Origin: Geosiphon pyriformis uo1
Lineage: Eukaryota > Fungi > Glomeromycota
Length of the DNA stretch: 53,541 nucleotides
Direction: 5' to 3'
Assembly: GCA_016748015.1 (NCBI GenBank)
Contig: JAAOMT010000405.1
Span: 4,733 to 58,273 of the forward strand
Shown here: one piece after another, positions 34,200 through 46,500 of the stretch
How positions within the stretch are numbered: position 1 is the first letter of the stretch
How the letters are laid out: the number at the start of each line of letters is the position of its first letter
Notes under the pieces: generated by a model
What the model was told of the DNA's origin: nothing
What the model saw: the letters and a program-made list of their open reading frames with translations, nothing else
Databases searched by the model: none
Program-made: the position numbers and the translations under genes

Positions 34200-35330
34200 A
34201 CCATCAGCATTTCCATTTTTTTTCCTTTTTTGTAGTGTACAGTATATTTAAATAGTAAAAGTTTTATTTTCTATTGAGCATGACAATCATCTTCAAATTT
34301 TTGCTTCTGGATTGAAGTCAATCTTTTATAATCAGTGTATATATTATATTTCTGGCTTAAGTATTTCTTCCATTTTATGATTGCCCAGTAAATAGCCAAG
34401 TGTTTTAGTGCTGGTGTTCCATAGTTTTTTTCTGCTAGACTCAAACTTTGGCTGGCATATGCTACTAGATATTCTCTTCCATCTGGTCTTTTCTACAATA
34501 ATACCACTTCTAATGCTTGATCTGATGCATTAGTGGTAATGATAAATAGTTTGTTGTAATTTAGATAAATCAGTACTGGAGCTTAAATGAGTTTTCTTCT
34601 TAATATGTCAAAAGTTTTTTGCTGGTTTTCCGTCTATTTATACTGAATATTCTTTGCTTAAAGCTGGTGTAATAGTTGAGCCAGTTTAGAAAAGTTTTTG
34701 ATAAAGTGGTAATAGTATCTAGCAAATTCCAAGAATGCTCATAGTTCGGTTAAATTAATTGGGACTAGAAAGTTCTTGACTATTTCTATCTTGTCTGAAT
34801 CTGTTTTGATGTTGTTTTTGTCTATAACATGTTCCAAAAATTTTAATTCTGTTTTGCCAAAGAAGCACTTGTTGGCATTTAACTTCAGTCTGGCTCTTTT
34901 CAATCTTTCAAACACTTGTTAGAAATAGTGTAAATGATCATTAAATGTCTTAGAAAACATAATAGTTATCTAAGTACACAACTACTGATTTTTATAGTAG
35001 TCTGGTGTAAACAATTTCTATTAGCTGTTAAAATGTGGCTGGTACATTTATCAAGCCAAATGGCATTACTTCAAATTCGAAATTCTCTTTTTTAGTTGTG
35101 AATACAGTCTTTTTTTTGTTGGCTAAATTCATGGCTACTTGCCAGTAATCACTATCTAAGTCCAGTATTGAGAACTATTTCTTTTCTTCAAAAGCATTGA
35201 ATAGCTTTTGGATCTGTAAAGTTAGGTAGCTATCTCTATGAATTATACTATTGAGTTTTTTGTAATCCACATAAAAACAGATCTTTCCATTTTTTTTATG
35301 GACTTGTACTACTGGTAATGAATTAACCTG
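34200..35330 (-). pseudogene. Gypsy reverse transcriptase and RNase H
   Basis: FYVDYKKLN, LDLDSDYWQV, VMPFGL, VYLDN; TNASDQAL, VAYASQSLSLAEKNY. Confidence 0.9.
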
Positions 35331-35984
35331 TTGTTTAACATCTGATTGATTTCTTGATGAATAATTTCATGGCTGGCTGGTGGTATTCAGTATGCTCTTT
35401 GCTTAATTGACATTGTATTTTCAGTTTTAATCTGATATTGAATTATGTTAGTTCTGCCAAATTTATTTTTACTGGCAAAAATGTCATTAAAGTTGTTGAG
35501 TAATATCTTGAGCTGCATACGTTAGAGTGAATCTCAATTTCCCAAGTTTATCTGTTCTAATTGTTCTGGTTGGAGCAGATAACATTCCCTTTATCCATAT
35601 ATCATTTGTGATATAATGTCTACATATCCACATAATTGTGAAAAATCTGAAATAATGTTTGATAATTCGTCTTCAACTTTAATGCTTAAGTATTCAATAG
35701 TAGTTCCTTTTGGTATTTTAATGACATTTTCAGTTGTGTTGTATATGGGAATTTTGATGTGTTTTAGGCTTTTGACTAGTATGTAAAGATTGGTAAATCC
35801 AATCTTTTTTGATTCACAGATTGTGACTTTTGCTTCAAATATTTGAGCCTAATTTTTTACTTTCTTTTCTACAACTACTATGTACTGGCCATATGGTGGA
35901 ATGGAGATTGGTTGACAAGTGAAGATAATTTCTCCCTTGTCAATAATCTTTTCTTTTGCCATATTGACTGGTACATCTACTCTA

Positions 35985-36420
35985 TTCATAAATTTGAATC
36001 CATTAATTCTTCTAGCTGTAATTCCTAATTTTTCTCTATTTCTTACTAATACTAGCTAAGCTATTTTAACCAGAAACAGGAATATTGCCTCTGCTATTTT
36101 TTTGTTTGGCTATAATATAGGCCTTTTTTGAGTCATTTTGTAGCATTGCAATGATATTTTCTATATATTTCACATGATTTATTTATTTTTTATGTTAATC
36201 TTTTTTTTCACTAAACTACTTCTAGATACTAACTGAACTATTGTTGTTGTTGAGATTTTCAGTGCTACTTTAAAATCAATACATGTGTGCAAATATGGTT
36301 TTAATTTGATGGCTTCTTTTCCTGGATATCTTAGGTCAAACTCTACATCAGTATTATGTGCATGTTTTGGCATAATACCCTCATTATTGTCACTGAACCA
36401 TTTTAGTTCCTGCTTCTTAG
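35985..36420 (-). pseudogene. dUTPase domain within Pol
   Basis: Decayed motifs I (AHNTDVEFDL), II (SRSSL), IV (KIAEAIF) and V (RRINGFKFM, compare RGxxGFGST) in correct order and spacing. Confidence 0.8.
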
Positions 36421-37559
36421 AAAAGTTAGGGAGTGCAATGTATTGTTCTGGGTTTGAATTGGAGTTCAAATTATTGTTATTATTATTGTTATTTTGAATA
36501 GAGCTAAAATCATTGTTTTTGTTATTATTGTTGTCAGAGTTTGAATCGAGCTTAAATGATGATTTTGATTCTGATGTGCAGTTGTTGATTGATTTTTCTT
36601 CTTCTAGAATCTTGTAGATTATGTATGATGGTAAGTTGTAAATGAGGTCACACTCATTACAATATTAAAAGTTACAGGAAATTAAACAGTGGTCACATAA
36701 TTAGGTGTTTATTTTTTCAAACTGTTGCTCTTGTTCCTCTTGAATGGGTACTAAATTTTAGTAGTGTTCATAAAATTCTTCTGGGTCTGTCTCAATATCT
36801 AGAAATGCATCAGGATTGAGAATAAAAATGACTTTAACTGGTTCAGGTGAATTGTTCTTTATTTTTAAGATCTTTCTAAGTGAAGCACCTTCTATTTTGG
36901 TGTTAGTCATTCTTCAAATCTCGTTTTTGTCATGTGGGTAATCATCTAAGTGAGAAATCACTTGATGCCAGGCTACAGTTATTGGAATTCCACAACTTAT
37001 CTAGTTATTAATAAGAATTATGTATTAACACAATGCATTACAGGTTTCTCTTTGACCAGAAATGTTATTTCACATCCTTTTATCAAGCAGTTGTTTGTCA
37101 CAAGTGAGACATAATTCATTGTCCCACTTGCCTTGGCATTTTGGGTAGCTGTAGCATTCACAGTAATATGGTTTGCAATAATAATGGATTTGTGTTCAGT
37201 AGTTTTTGTCAGATACAATCTATGCTTTTATAAAAGACAGCTTTTTCTTACAGTCTATGCATTTGAATAATATGTGCAATGGCTTTTTTATGGTTTTGTG
37301 TAAATATGTTTTTTCCCAGCCACTCATTATTTTCTTTGTGGCCATGGTTTCTTTGAGTTTGTCTTCTTCTTTGTCTTTTCTCTTTTCATCCCAAGTTAGA
37401 ATTAGTGGTAGTTCATTGTGATTATTGTTGGCCCACAAAACTTGATAGACTTCTCAAGTAGATTTATTTTCTTTTTCTTCTAGTTTGATCAATGGTTGCT
37501 TTCTGTAAAAGGTTTTAAAGTAACCACAGGTGGCAGATATATGAGTATGTTGTCCATCA

Positions 37560-37936
37560 AAATTCAACTGAAGCTCTTGCATGTTCCAATTAAAAATGGC
37601 ATTAGTTTTGGACAGCCAATTATTACCAACAAAAGCTTAGTACTAGGTGGCTTCTATGACTAATACCTTGATGAGTATGGTGATGTTATTGACTTCAAAT
37701 GAGAAGTCATCAATTTTGTCAATTGGAGTTCTTATTGCTCTATTAGTAGTAATAATTCTAGCACTGGTAGCGCAATCAACTTGGCAATTTAATTGGTTCA
37801 TGAATTGTTGAGTTATAATGCTGCCTACTAATCCACTATCAAGGATGAGTTTGATAGATTGGCCATCAACTTTGGCATTGGTATACATGGCTGTAATTGG
37901 TTTGGTGTCAAGAATGGCTCCACTAAATAATGGCAC
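37560..37936 (-). pseudogene. Aspartic protease
   Basis: VDGQSIKLILDSGLVGSII; downstream LVGNNWL. Confidence 0.88.
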
Positions 37937-38048
37937 AGTTGTGGTTTTTTCAAGTTTAAAAGAGAATATGGTGGCTAGTAATTCATTTTCAGTGCTGGCA
38001 GCTGGTAGGATGTTGCTAGTAAGTGGCTTTTAGTTGGTTTTCACATTA

Positions 38049-40260
38049 CTAGATAAGGTGTTTTCTGGAGTAACCAGGAAATTTAAATAGTTCTAAAAGC
38101 TTGGGTTTTGGGTATACCCAGTTTCTAAATTCTACTGGCACAACTCTAATGGTTGATTTGATAAACTGAGAATTAGTTGATAAACAACCATCACTAATCT
38201 CTAGTTTTGTTGAACAATTCTCAGTCTTTGGTTTCTGAATGACATCTGAGTTGAATTTTGTGACAGAGTTTGAATTTGTTAAGGTTGATATATTACTTGC
38301 AGCTGTGGTTGGTAAATAACTAGTGCTGAGATTTAATAAATTGGGGTTTGGTAGATTGATTGCTGTGCTACTTGGGTGTAATGTGGTTGATAGTAATCTT
38401 GATTTGGATAGTGGTTCAGAGTTTGAAATCTGTGATTGGGATTTCAATATTGATTCTCCGATCATAGATTATTGCTATAAACTTGGCAGCTAGCTCTGAT
38501 GTAGCCTTGTTTACCACAATTGTAACAAACACACATCTCTGGTTGTCACAATTGATTGGTTGATAAGGATGGGCATGTCTAATTTTGGAAACAATTTAAG
38601 TTTCTTGTATTATTATGCCATTGTAGAAATTGATAAATTGTTTAATTGTTAGCTAAGTATTTCTTAATTTTCTGGTTGATGGAATCACTGAATTGTTTCA
38701 ATTTGAAGTTCAAGTCAGATAATCTATTCATTATTAGATTGATGGCTTAAGCATGGTTGGCTTTGAGTTTAGCTGCTTTAAAATCTCTGGCTTAAATAAT
38801 TGCTGCTTGAAAGTTGGCTGAATGTAATAGATATATTTATTGCAGAATACTGCTGTGTAATCTACAGATGAATTGATTTAAAATTTGGACTATGGTAAAA
38901 TAATCAGTGTTGATAACTTGGATTTGGTACAAGTTTTGGTGAAAATATTCTAAGTAAGTAGTAACTGCTTTAGTTTTTTCTTGTTTGATGGTGGTGAAGG
39001 TATTGGCTAAGCAATTAATACTATTATTGTTGCTAAAATATCTCAAGAATTCAACTTTGAATGTATTGAAATCTTGAGGTTTGTTGGCCAAGCTTTGATA
39101 TCACAAATTAGCAGTATTTTGAAGGAAGTATAAGATGGCTTGAAGTGCTCTGACATTGTTTCATCTATTGGCTGCAATGGCTTTTTCCATATTGTTCAGC
39201 CACACTTGTGCATTATCCTCTTTGCCAGTAAAATTTTTAATTTTGGCGATTGGTACATATGTCATTTATTGTGGCAGTTGTTGAAGTAGTTGTTGTGATT
39301 GTCATCAAGATGGTACTTGCAGCTGTTAAATTGGTTTAGCAATCAGTTCAACTGGTGGCTAATTGATCACAATTACTGGAGATAAGTGTTGCTGGTTAAT
39401 AATGTCATAATTTGGATTGTTCTGATTTTTCAGAGTTTGAATATTAGGGTTTTCAACTTTTGGGTTTTCTATAATTGGGTTCTGGTAATTGAATTCTTAA
39501 TTGTTGTTTTCTTTTTTTTCTGATTCTGTTATTTTTCAAAGACTTGTGGTTCCGAAATTTGGTAGAAATAGTGGTAATTGAAATCCTAATGGTATCAGTA
39601 ATTGCGATTTAAATCCTTCAAAATATTTGCCATAAGTTCCTAATAAGTTGGCTTTTGATTGTTTACTTTGAAATAGTATTCATGCTAATGGTGTTTTCAT
39701 GTTTGATGTGAATGTGCCTGCTGATGAAATGTTGATGGCACTTCCAGGTATATAATGATATGATTAATAGGTTGGTGATTCAACTCTTGTTTTTTTCTAA
39801 GTAGATGGTTGTATTTTCTGAGGTGTTACTGCTGGTGTCTGTAGTTTTTCTTTATTTTTGGTTGTGTAAGTAATGGAATATTTTTGTTGAGTGTGATGTT
39901 CAATTTCTCTATTTATTTCAGTGAAGATTGCTGTGAAATTATGATTTGTTGGTAGACTGGTGTTTTGAATTAGTTTGTTGTAAAAATTTCCTCTTGCCAA
40001 ATCAATTTCTACTGATACTTCTAACAAATATGAGATTCTCTCATTAACATAAAAGTTGAAGGCAGATTCTGCTGATAGGTAATTGTTGGTTAATTCCAAG
40101 TTTTGACAATAATACTGAAATAAGAATTTGGAAAATCTTAAATGGTTTGTTTTTATTCTTTCTGATTCTGCCACTTTTGGATTGTTGTTTGTTGGTGCTG
40201 GTTCTCTGTAGAATTATATCTTACAGAGAGCATCAAATGTTATAAGTAATTATTTGGAAT
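38049..40260 (-). pseudogene. gag (long N-terminal extension, capsid domain, zinc knuckle)
   Basis: FTGKEDNAQVWL..YQSLANKPQDFNTFKVEFLRYF..IKQEKTKAVTTY (retrotransposon gag); CYNCGKQG(Y)IRASC at ~38480-38530. Confidence 0.85.
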
Positions 40261-40662
40261 CTTAAATCAAATAACAAATCTGTAACTTGGTGTTTAATTA
40301 ATAATACAATTGGTAATATCTGAAGGTTTTTTTATCTGAAGGTTTTGTTTGAGTTTTTTATATAATAAACAGAGATTCTTGTGTTATTTTATCTATAGCT
40401 TCTCAGAATCACAATTCCATCAAATTTTTTTTCAGCTTAGTGGCCAGCAATTTTCTGGTAAGCAATCTGTAATTCTTATGCATTCTACCCATTTGCAAGG
40501 GTTTTTTACCAGGCAATTCTTGATGTCAATAACTCAGTGCTTAATCTTTAAAAAATTTAGTAAACCATAAACAAAAAAAATCAAAAAATAAAAGAAGATA
40601 AAATAAAGAAAATTAAGCCAAGGCAAGGTAGTATTTTATTAATAGCTGTGATCAAGAGCTAT

Positions 40663-41180
40663 TGTTCTTATGAGGTTTTAAGTATTAATTACTATCAACA
40701 TTTTGAGTTGATAGTGAGCAATTGGATTTAAGATGCTAAATAAGTATATTTATTGATATTTGAAATGATATAGTTTCTAACTAAAAAATAATAACTAATA
40801 AATTTTTGTTAGAGGATTCTGTCTTTTCTGCCTTTAATACTATTGCTATATATACATATTTTCTAGTTTACAGGATTGTTTTGGATTGTCTGTTCTCACT
40901 AGCTATTGCTTTTCTTATGTTATAACTATTTATCTTATATTATAACATGTTATCTAATGTTATTACACATTACTTTGTGTTATCTTATATTATAGCATGT
41001 TATACTATATTATAATATGTTATTCTGTGTTATCCTGTGTTATAATACGTTATTCTATATTATAACACATTATTCAATATTATTGCACATTATTCTGTGT
41101 TTTTTTATGTTTCATTATGTTTTTCTTTAAGTCACATTTTTTTCTTCTTTCTTTAATAGGCTTTCTTTCTTCAAGTAACA
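40663..41180 (-). repeat. 5' LTR (518 bp) with ~10-nt tgttat-based tandem repeats in U3 (40920-41100)
   Basis: TGTTAC...GAACA termini; matches the partial 3' LTR. Confidence 0.88.
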
Positions 41181-41675
41181 ATAAGCTTTAAATATCTATT
41201 AAATAAATTAACCAAATTTAAATCCAAACAAAACTTGAAGCTTACATTTTTTTTAGAACTATTTTTATTGAAATTTTCTTTTAAAACTATAAAAGTATTA
41301 AAATTAACTAACTTGACAATAAAATAAGTGATCATTAATGTCTGTTAAACTTATTCTTAGTAAAAGCATAAGTATATAAACCCAAAAATACAACTAAAAG
41401 CTTATTTTTAAACAAAAAATAGATTAAAATTACTTTATCTAAAATTTCACTAATTTTTGAAACATAATAAGCTAAAAAATTATTTATAATAACTGTTATA
41501 TCAGCACTAAAAAATTTTTTATCTAATTTAGAGATAAAAATTCAAACTTTATTAAATTTATTTATAATTTATTTAATTTTTATAATAATAAAAATCTGCT
41601 AAAAAAAAACTTCTTTCTCTTTTTCGTCTAAAAAACCCAAAAAAAAGTCTATAGTTTTTTCGAAAGAAGTTTTTT

Positions 41676-43544
41676 ATCATTCAGTATGATAAAGCAAAAC
41701 CATTCTTCGATTACAAGGCCACTGTTGGCTCTGTTATTGCTGTCATAAAGAAGACCATTAAAGCTTCTGATTCTGAGGGTGGTTTCAAGACTGTTGCATC
41801 AAGGAAGAAGAAAAAGAGAGGTGTATTGAAAGAGAGTATTGTTAATAAAAGAGTTGCTGCCAAAGTTCTTGGTGCTCATTCATGGAGTTCTGAGACTGGT
41901 AACACTATGGAATCTGAGAGTATTGACATGGAAGAAGAATTCTTGGTTGAAGAGACCAGTGTAGACTATGATAATAATGGTACTTTCGTGGGTAGGGATC
42001 CTGATCAAACACCAAAGGGTTTGCATGTGAAGACCAAGAAAGTATTAGGGAAGCCATTGGGTGTGATTGATTATAATACTGTCGATGCAGAAGATGATGT
42101 GTTAGATGACTCTCTTCTTCTTCCACCTCCTCCTCTGGTCAAGCCATCTGTTCAAGTGTCTGTTCACAAATCCTTTGCTTTAGATATTGATCTGGTAGCT
42201 GTGGCTGGAAAATCCTTTCAGAAAAAAGTCAATTTTGTCAGAAAAATCTTTTCAGATGTAAATAGTTTTGGGGGGGCCTCTACCCCCTCAAAATTTGGTG
42301 GAATCATCCGGGCATCTTTCACTTCTGAAAAGACAATGATGGCTGCTGCACAGTTGGCAAATGATCGTGGTGTTGTGATAAACACTGATCTTAAGTGCCC
42401 CATCAACAATCATACGAATCAGGCAATTGTGTTGAAAGAAATTCCTGTGGAAACTTCTATTGAGGCAGTGCGTGCAGCCATTTTTGGATTTGGGTTTATT
42501 AAGTTGATCAAGATGCAGTTGGTGGGTCTATGGCAAAAAGTGATCGTCAAATTGGAGGATCAGATTCAGACTAATTTCTTGACAGCTGAGTGGTTCATCC
42601 TTATTAGAAAAGATGTGGTGCATGTGGCCTGGGCCGATATTGACAAACAAACATGGAATGCCAGAGATGAGTTTAGGGCTTTGCTTTATATGCTCCCCAT
42701 GGGCACCAACGCTCATGATCTTTGGAACTTTATTGGTTTAGTCAATGGGAAAACATGTGTTATTGAACGCAGTTCTGTCAGTTATGTCCGAGCACGCTGT
42801 GCCACTGTGTGCTTTGATTCTGAGAGTAGCCTTATTTGGGCAATGGCAAACACTCCTGTTATAAAAGGTGTTGGTTTCTGATGGTCTCGTTTAACTGCTG
42901 CATGGTGTTCAATTTGCACAACTTTCAGTCATACTTCTCTCGTTTGTCGTACTGCTGGTGTGTCCTCAAGTCCTAGGAGCAAGAGAGCTCCTCTCTCAGC
43001 TCAGGATCAGTTCCGTCTGGTAAAGATATATGAAAAAAAATCTGCCCCTGTTTCTTGTTCCTTGGCTTTCGGTGGAAAAACTTGGGCCTCCGTGGTTGGT
43101 AAACCACTCTCAATAGTGTCTTTTGGTGGTTCAGCTCAATCTGGTTCCATATCTTATGGTAAATTTCTCCCGACTGTTAATGGTGAATTGGAAGACCATT
43201 TGAAGAATATTGAAAGCAGTTTTGTCAGCCTCGCAGGACAAATTGGTGAGTTGGCTAAGAGGTTGAACTCATTTGTGCTGGCAGTTTTCCAGTCTAGTCC
43301 TGGATGTTAGCTGCTGGTGACCTCCCCATCGCAGAATCAAAGGGAGAATATAGTAATGGAAGTGAGTTTGGGTGATGCTACTAGTGACAAGACTGCTGCT
43401 GTTCCTGGTTCAACTGCCTCACCTGAAGTTGTAAAATTGGAAAACATATTGAAAGGTCTCTTTGCTTCAGTTATGAGCCTATCAGTGCACTTGGATGGTT
43501 TGGCTTTAGCAGATGGTGCTCTTCCTCTACTTTTTTCTCAATGA
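41676..43544 (+). pseudogene. LINE D ORF1
   Basis: ORFs 41826-42881, 42960-43310 and 43317-43544 in one frame; CSICTTFSHTSLVC knuckle at ~42907-42948. Confidence 0.87.
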
Positions 43545-46500
43545 GTAGTCTGGTATGGAAAATTGCTACGTGTAATGTTCGCGGGTTGAACAATCCTGCA
43601 AAGCAAGTTGATGTCATTCATTGGCACAAGAATATGAACAATTTGGTTTCTATTTTTACAGAGTCAAAGCTTAAAGGGAAAGTTCATCCATGGTTGGCCA
43701 ACAAATTTGATGGTGTTTTGGTTTTTGCTTCTGGTCTGAATTCTGGTTTTTCGGGTGCTGGGGTGCTAATTGTCGTGAATTCTTCTTTGGCAAAGCATGT
43801 CTGCAAGATTTCTGAGGTGCCTGGTCAGCTCCTATCCATCAAGTTGCTTTTCAAAAATAAACTTTCAGTGTCTATTTTGGGGCTCTATGCTGGTGCGTCA
43901 TCAGTGGCTCGGTTTTTTCAGGCTGGTGAAATCAACTTTTTCATTGCTAAAGCCATTAATGAGTCCTTTTTTGTTATTCTTGGTGGTGATTTTAATGAGG
44001 ATAGTTCGCACAAATGTGCCAGTTTCAAAAAATGTTTTGATTTGGGTTTGATTAACTCTCTGGAAAGGAGCTTTTTTGCAAAGTCACCTACTTGGTGCAA
44101 TTCTCATGGTATCACTAAGACAATTAACTACATGTTTGTTTCTTCTAATTTGGTTAGTGTGGTGGTGGATTGTGGTGTGGATGGTGTTGAGGAATATTTT
44201 GATACCGATCACAAGACTGTTTATGTTTCTATGAGACTGGGTGGTCTGCTTGATGTCCAGCTGAATTCACTGCGCAAACAAGCTAATAGAGATTGTTGGA
44301 AGTATGATATCAAAAATACCAGCGAGATTAAGTGGTTAGATTTCAGGAATACTACGGCTGCTAATGCTGTTATGTTCTCAGATGAGTTTGTTGCGGCTAA
44401 GCAGTTTTCTGATCTGGATGCGATGTGAGACATTGTTCATAAGGTTGTGGTTCTTTCAGCTGGTAGAACGTTCAAGAAAAAATAGTTTAGGGGTTTCAAT
44501 TGTGTTTTTAATAAGGTTTCTTCCTGGTTTCATAAACTGGAACTACTTGTGTTTAAGCTGGTAAAGGCTTTTTGGTTGGTTTCTGGCAGGGATTTTGCCT
44601 TGTTGTTGGATACTTGAAACAGGCTTGATTCTGTGAGTGCTTCGCCAATGAATTCTCTGTTTCTTTCTGGTGCCAGTTTTAATGCGATCTGTTCTGGGCT
44701 GGCTAAGATGAGAAAATCTTACTGCTCTTTTAAGTTGTTGGAATCAAAGCAAGCTGAAAAATCTGGTATAAGACAGACTATTGAGAGGAAAATAGAAAGT
44801 TTTAAGGTGGATAAGGGTCACACCATTAGAAGTGTTTTGGAGTATCTTTTTTGTAAAGTGGTATTGGATCATTTGGTGGATGGTGAGGAGTTGGTCTTGG
44901 AGTCTGAGTTGGTTAAATCTAAGATGGATGGAATCATAGAGGGTTGGACTAGAAAACGTGTGGTGGCTTTTGATATCTTTGGTGATTGGGCAAGGCAGTT
45001 TTAGTCATTGGATCATGTCTTCGATGGTGCCTTTTCTGATATAATGAATTCAATTGGTTTTGATAAGATGTTTGGTGTTATTTCTAATTTGCCCAATAGA
45101 AAAGCAGCTGGTCTTTCTGGTATCCCTAATGAACTTTGGAAACACTGTGACAAGTCAGTCTTGGATATGCTTTTGGTGCTCTTAAATTTTTGTTTGAGTT
45201 GTGAGTCAGTGCCTGGACCTTGGAGGGAAGCCTGAGTCTCAATGATTCCTAAATCTTACGAGTGGGAGGGGATGCTTACAAATACCCGCTCTATTGCTCT
45301 GATTGAAACAGCTTGCAAGATTCTTTCCAAGATTCTTTCAGATCAGATCTCTCTGGCTTGTAGCACTTTTGATGTCCTCCATGGGAACAATTTCTCTGTT
45401 CTGAAGGGTATGTCTACTCAATTGCCTATCTTCGCTATTGGTTCGGTGATCGAAGATGCTTTGGAAAAGAACTGAGAGTTGTGGCTGGTTTTACAGGATA
45501 TGCGCAAAGCTTATGATTCTGTTGGTTGAGAACATTTCAAGAGGAGTTTGGTTAGGATCAAAATGTGTGACAAATTTATCAGATTTTTTGGTAGCATTCA
45601 TAATGGTCACACTAACAGAGTAATGACAGATTTTGGTTTGACTAATGGATATCATGTTTACAATGGATTGGATTAGGGGAAGGTTTTTTCGCCACTTCTC
45701 TGGTACATATTTTATGACTTGCTTTTGTGTGAGGTTAAGAGACAGGAAAGCATTTGTGGTTACAGGTTGATTTCTCATTTCATTTCTAAGACTGGCCGGG
45801 CGGAATTTCAAGCTGGGCTGTCATCGTTTCTGGTCACTAATGTTTTTGTTGATGATACTATCTAGGTTGGTAGCAGCCAAGCTGCTACACAATACATTCT
45901 CAATATTGCTAGTGAGTTCTTTCATTTAAATAACATTTCGATAAATAATGACAAGACAGTGGCCATTCTTATCAACTGTCGAGTCACTGCTCTTTACCTA
46001 ATTATTAGTGGTATGCCAATTTCCATCGCTAAAAGAGGTGAACCTCATCATTATCTGGGTATTTTTTTATCTTCTGATGGTCTTTCAAAGCCTAGCTTGG
46101 TTAAGGTGCATTCGGATGTTCAGTTTTTTATCAATCTCATTCTGAGAAAGGTTATTTCAAATAAACAGTTTGCTTATTTGGTGTCTTCAATTCTCTTTCC
46201 TATTGTCAGCTACAGAATCCAGTTCAGTTTTATTCCTCTCAGTGTGTGTAATAAATGAGACGCTTTGATATGCAAGGGCCTGAAATCCAAATCTGAACTG
46301 CCTCTGGACTTTCTCAATGATGCACTTCATCATCCTTTTTTGTACAATTTAAAGACTTTTGAGCAGATTCAGGCTGAGAGCAAGTCAGCTTCTGTTATTG
46401 CTTTTGCGAATTCAATTGGTGTTTTGGGTCACTTGTTTTTTCATAGATCTCACGATCTCCAGGTTCTCAGCTGGCATCCTCATTACCCTTTGTTGTTTTC

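Larger units (their letters stand above)
31809..41180 (-). mobile_element. Near-complete Ty3/Gypsy retrotransposon: LTR-gag-PR-(Cys-rich)-dUTPase-RT-RH-IN-ORF3-PPT-LTR(partial)
   Basis: 5' LTR 40663-41180; 31809-31924 matches 41065-41180; PPT aaaaagaagaagataa; all domains recognisable in Gypsy order. Confidence 0.93.
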
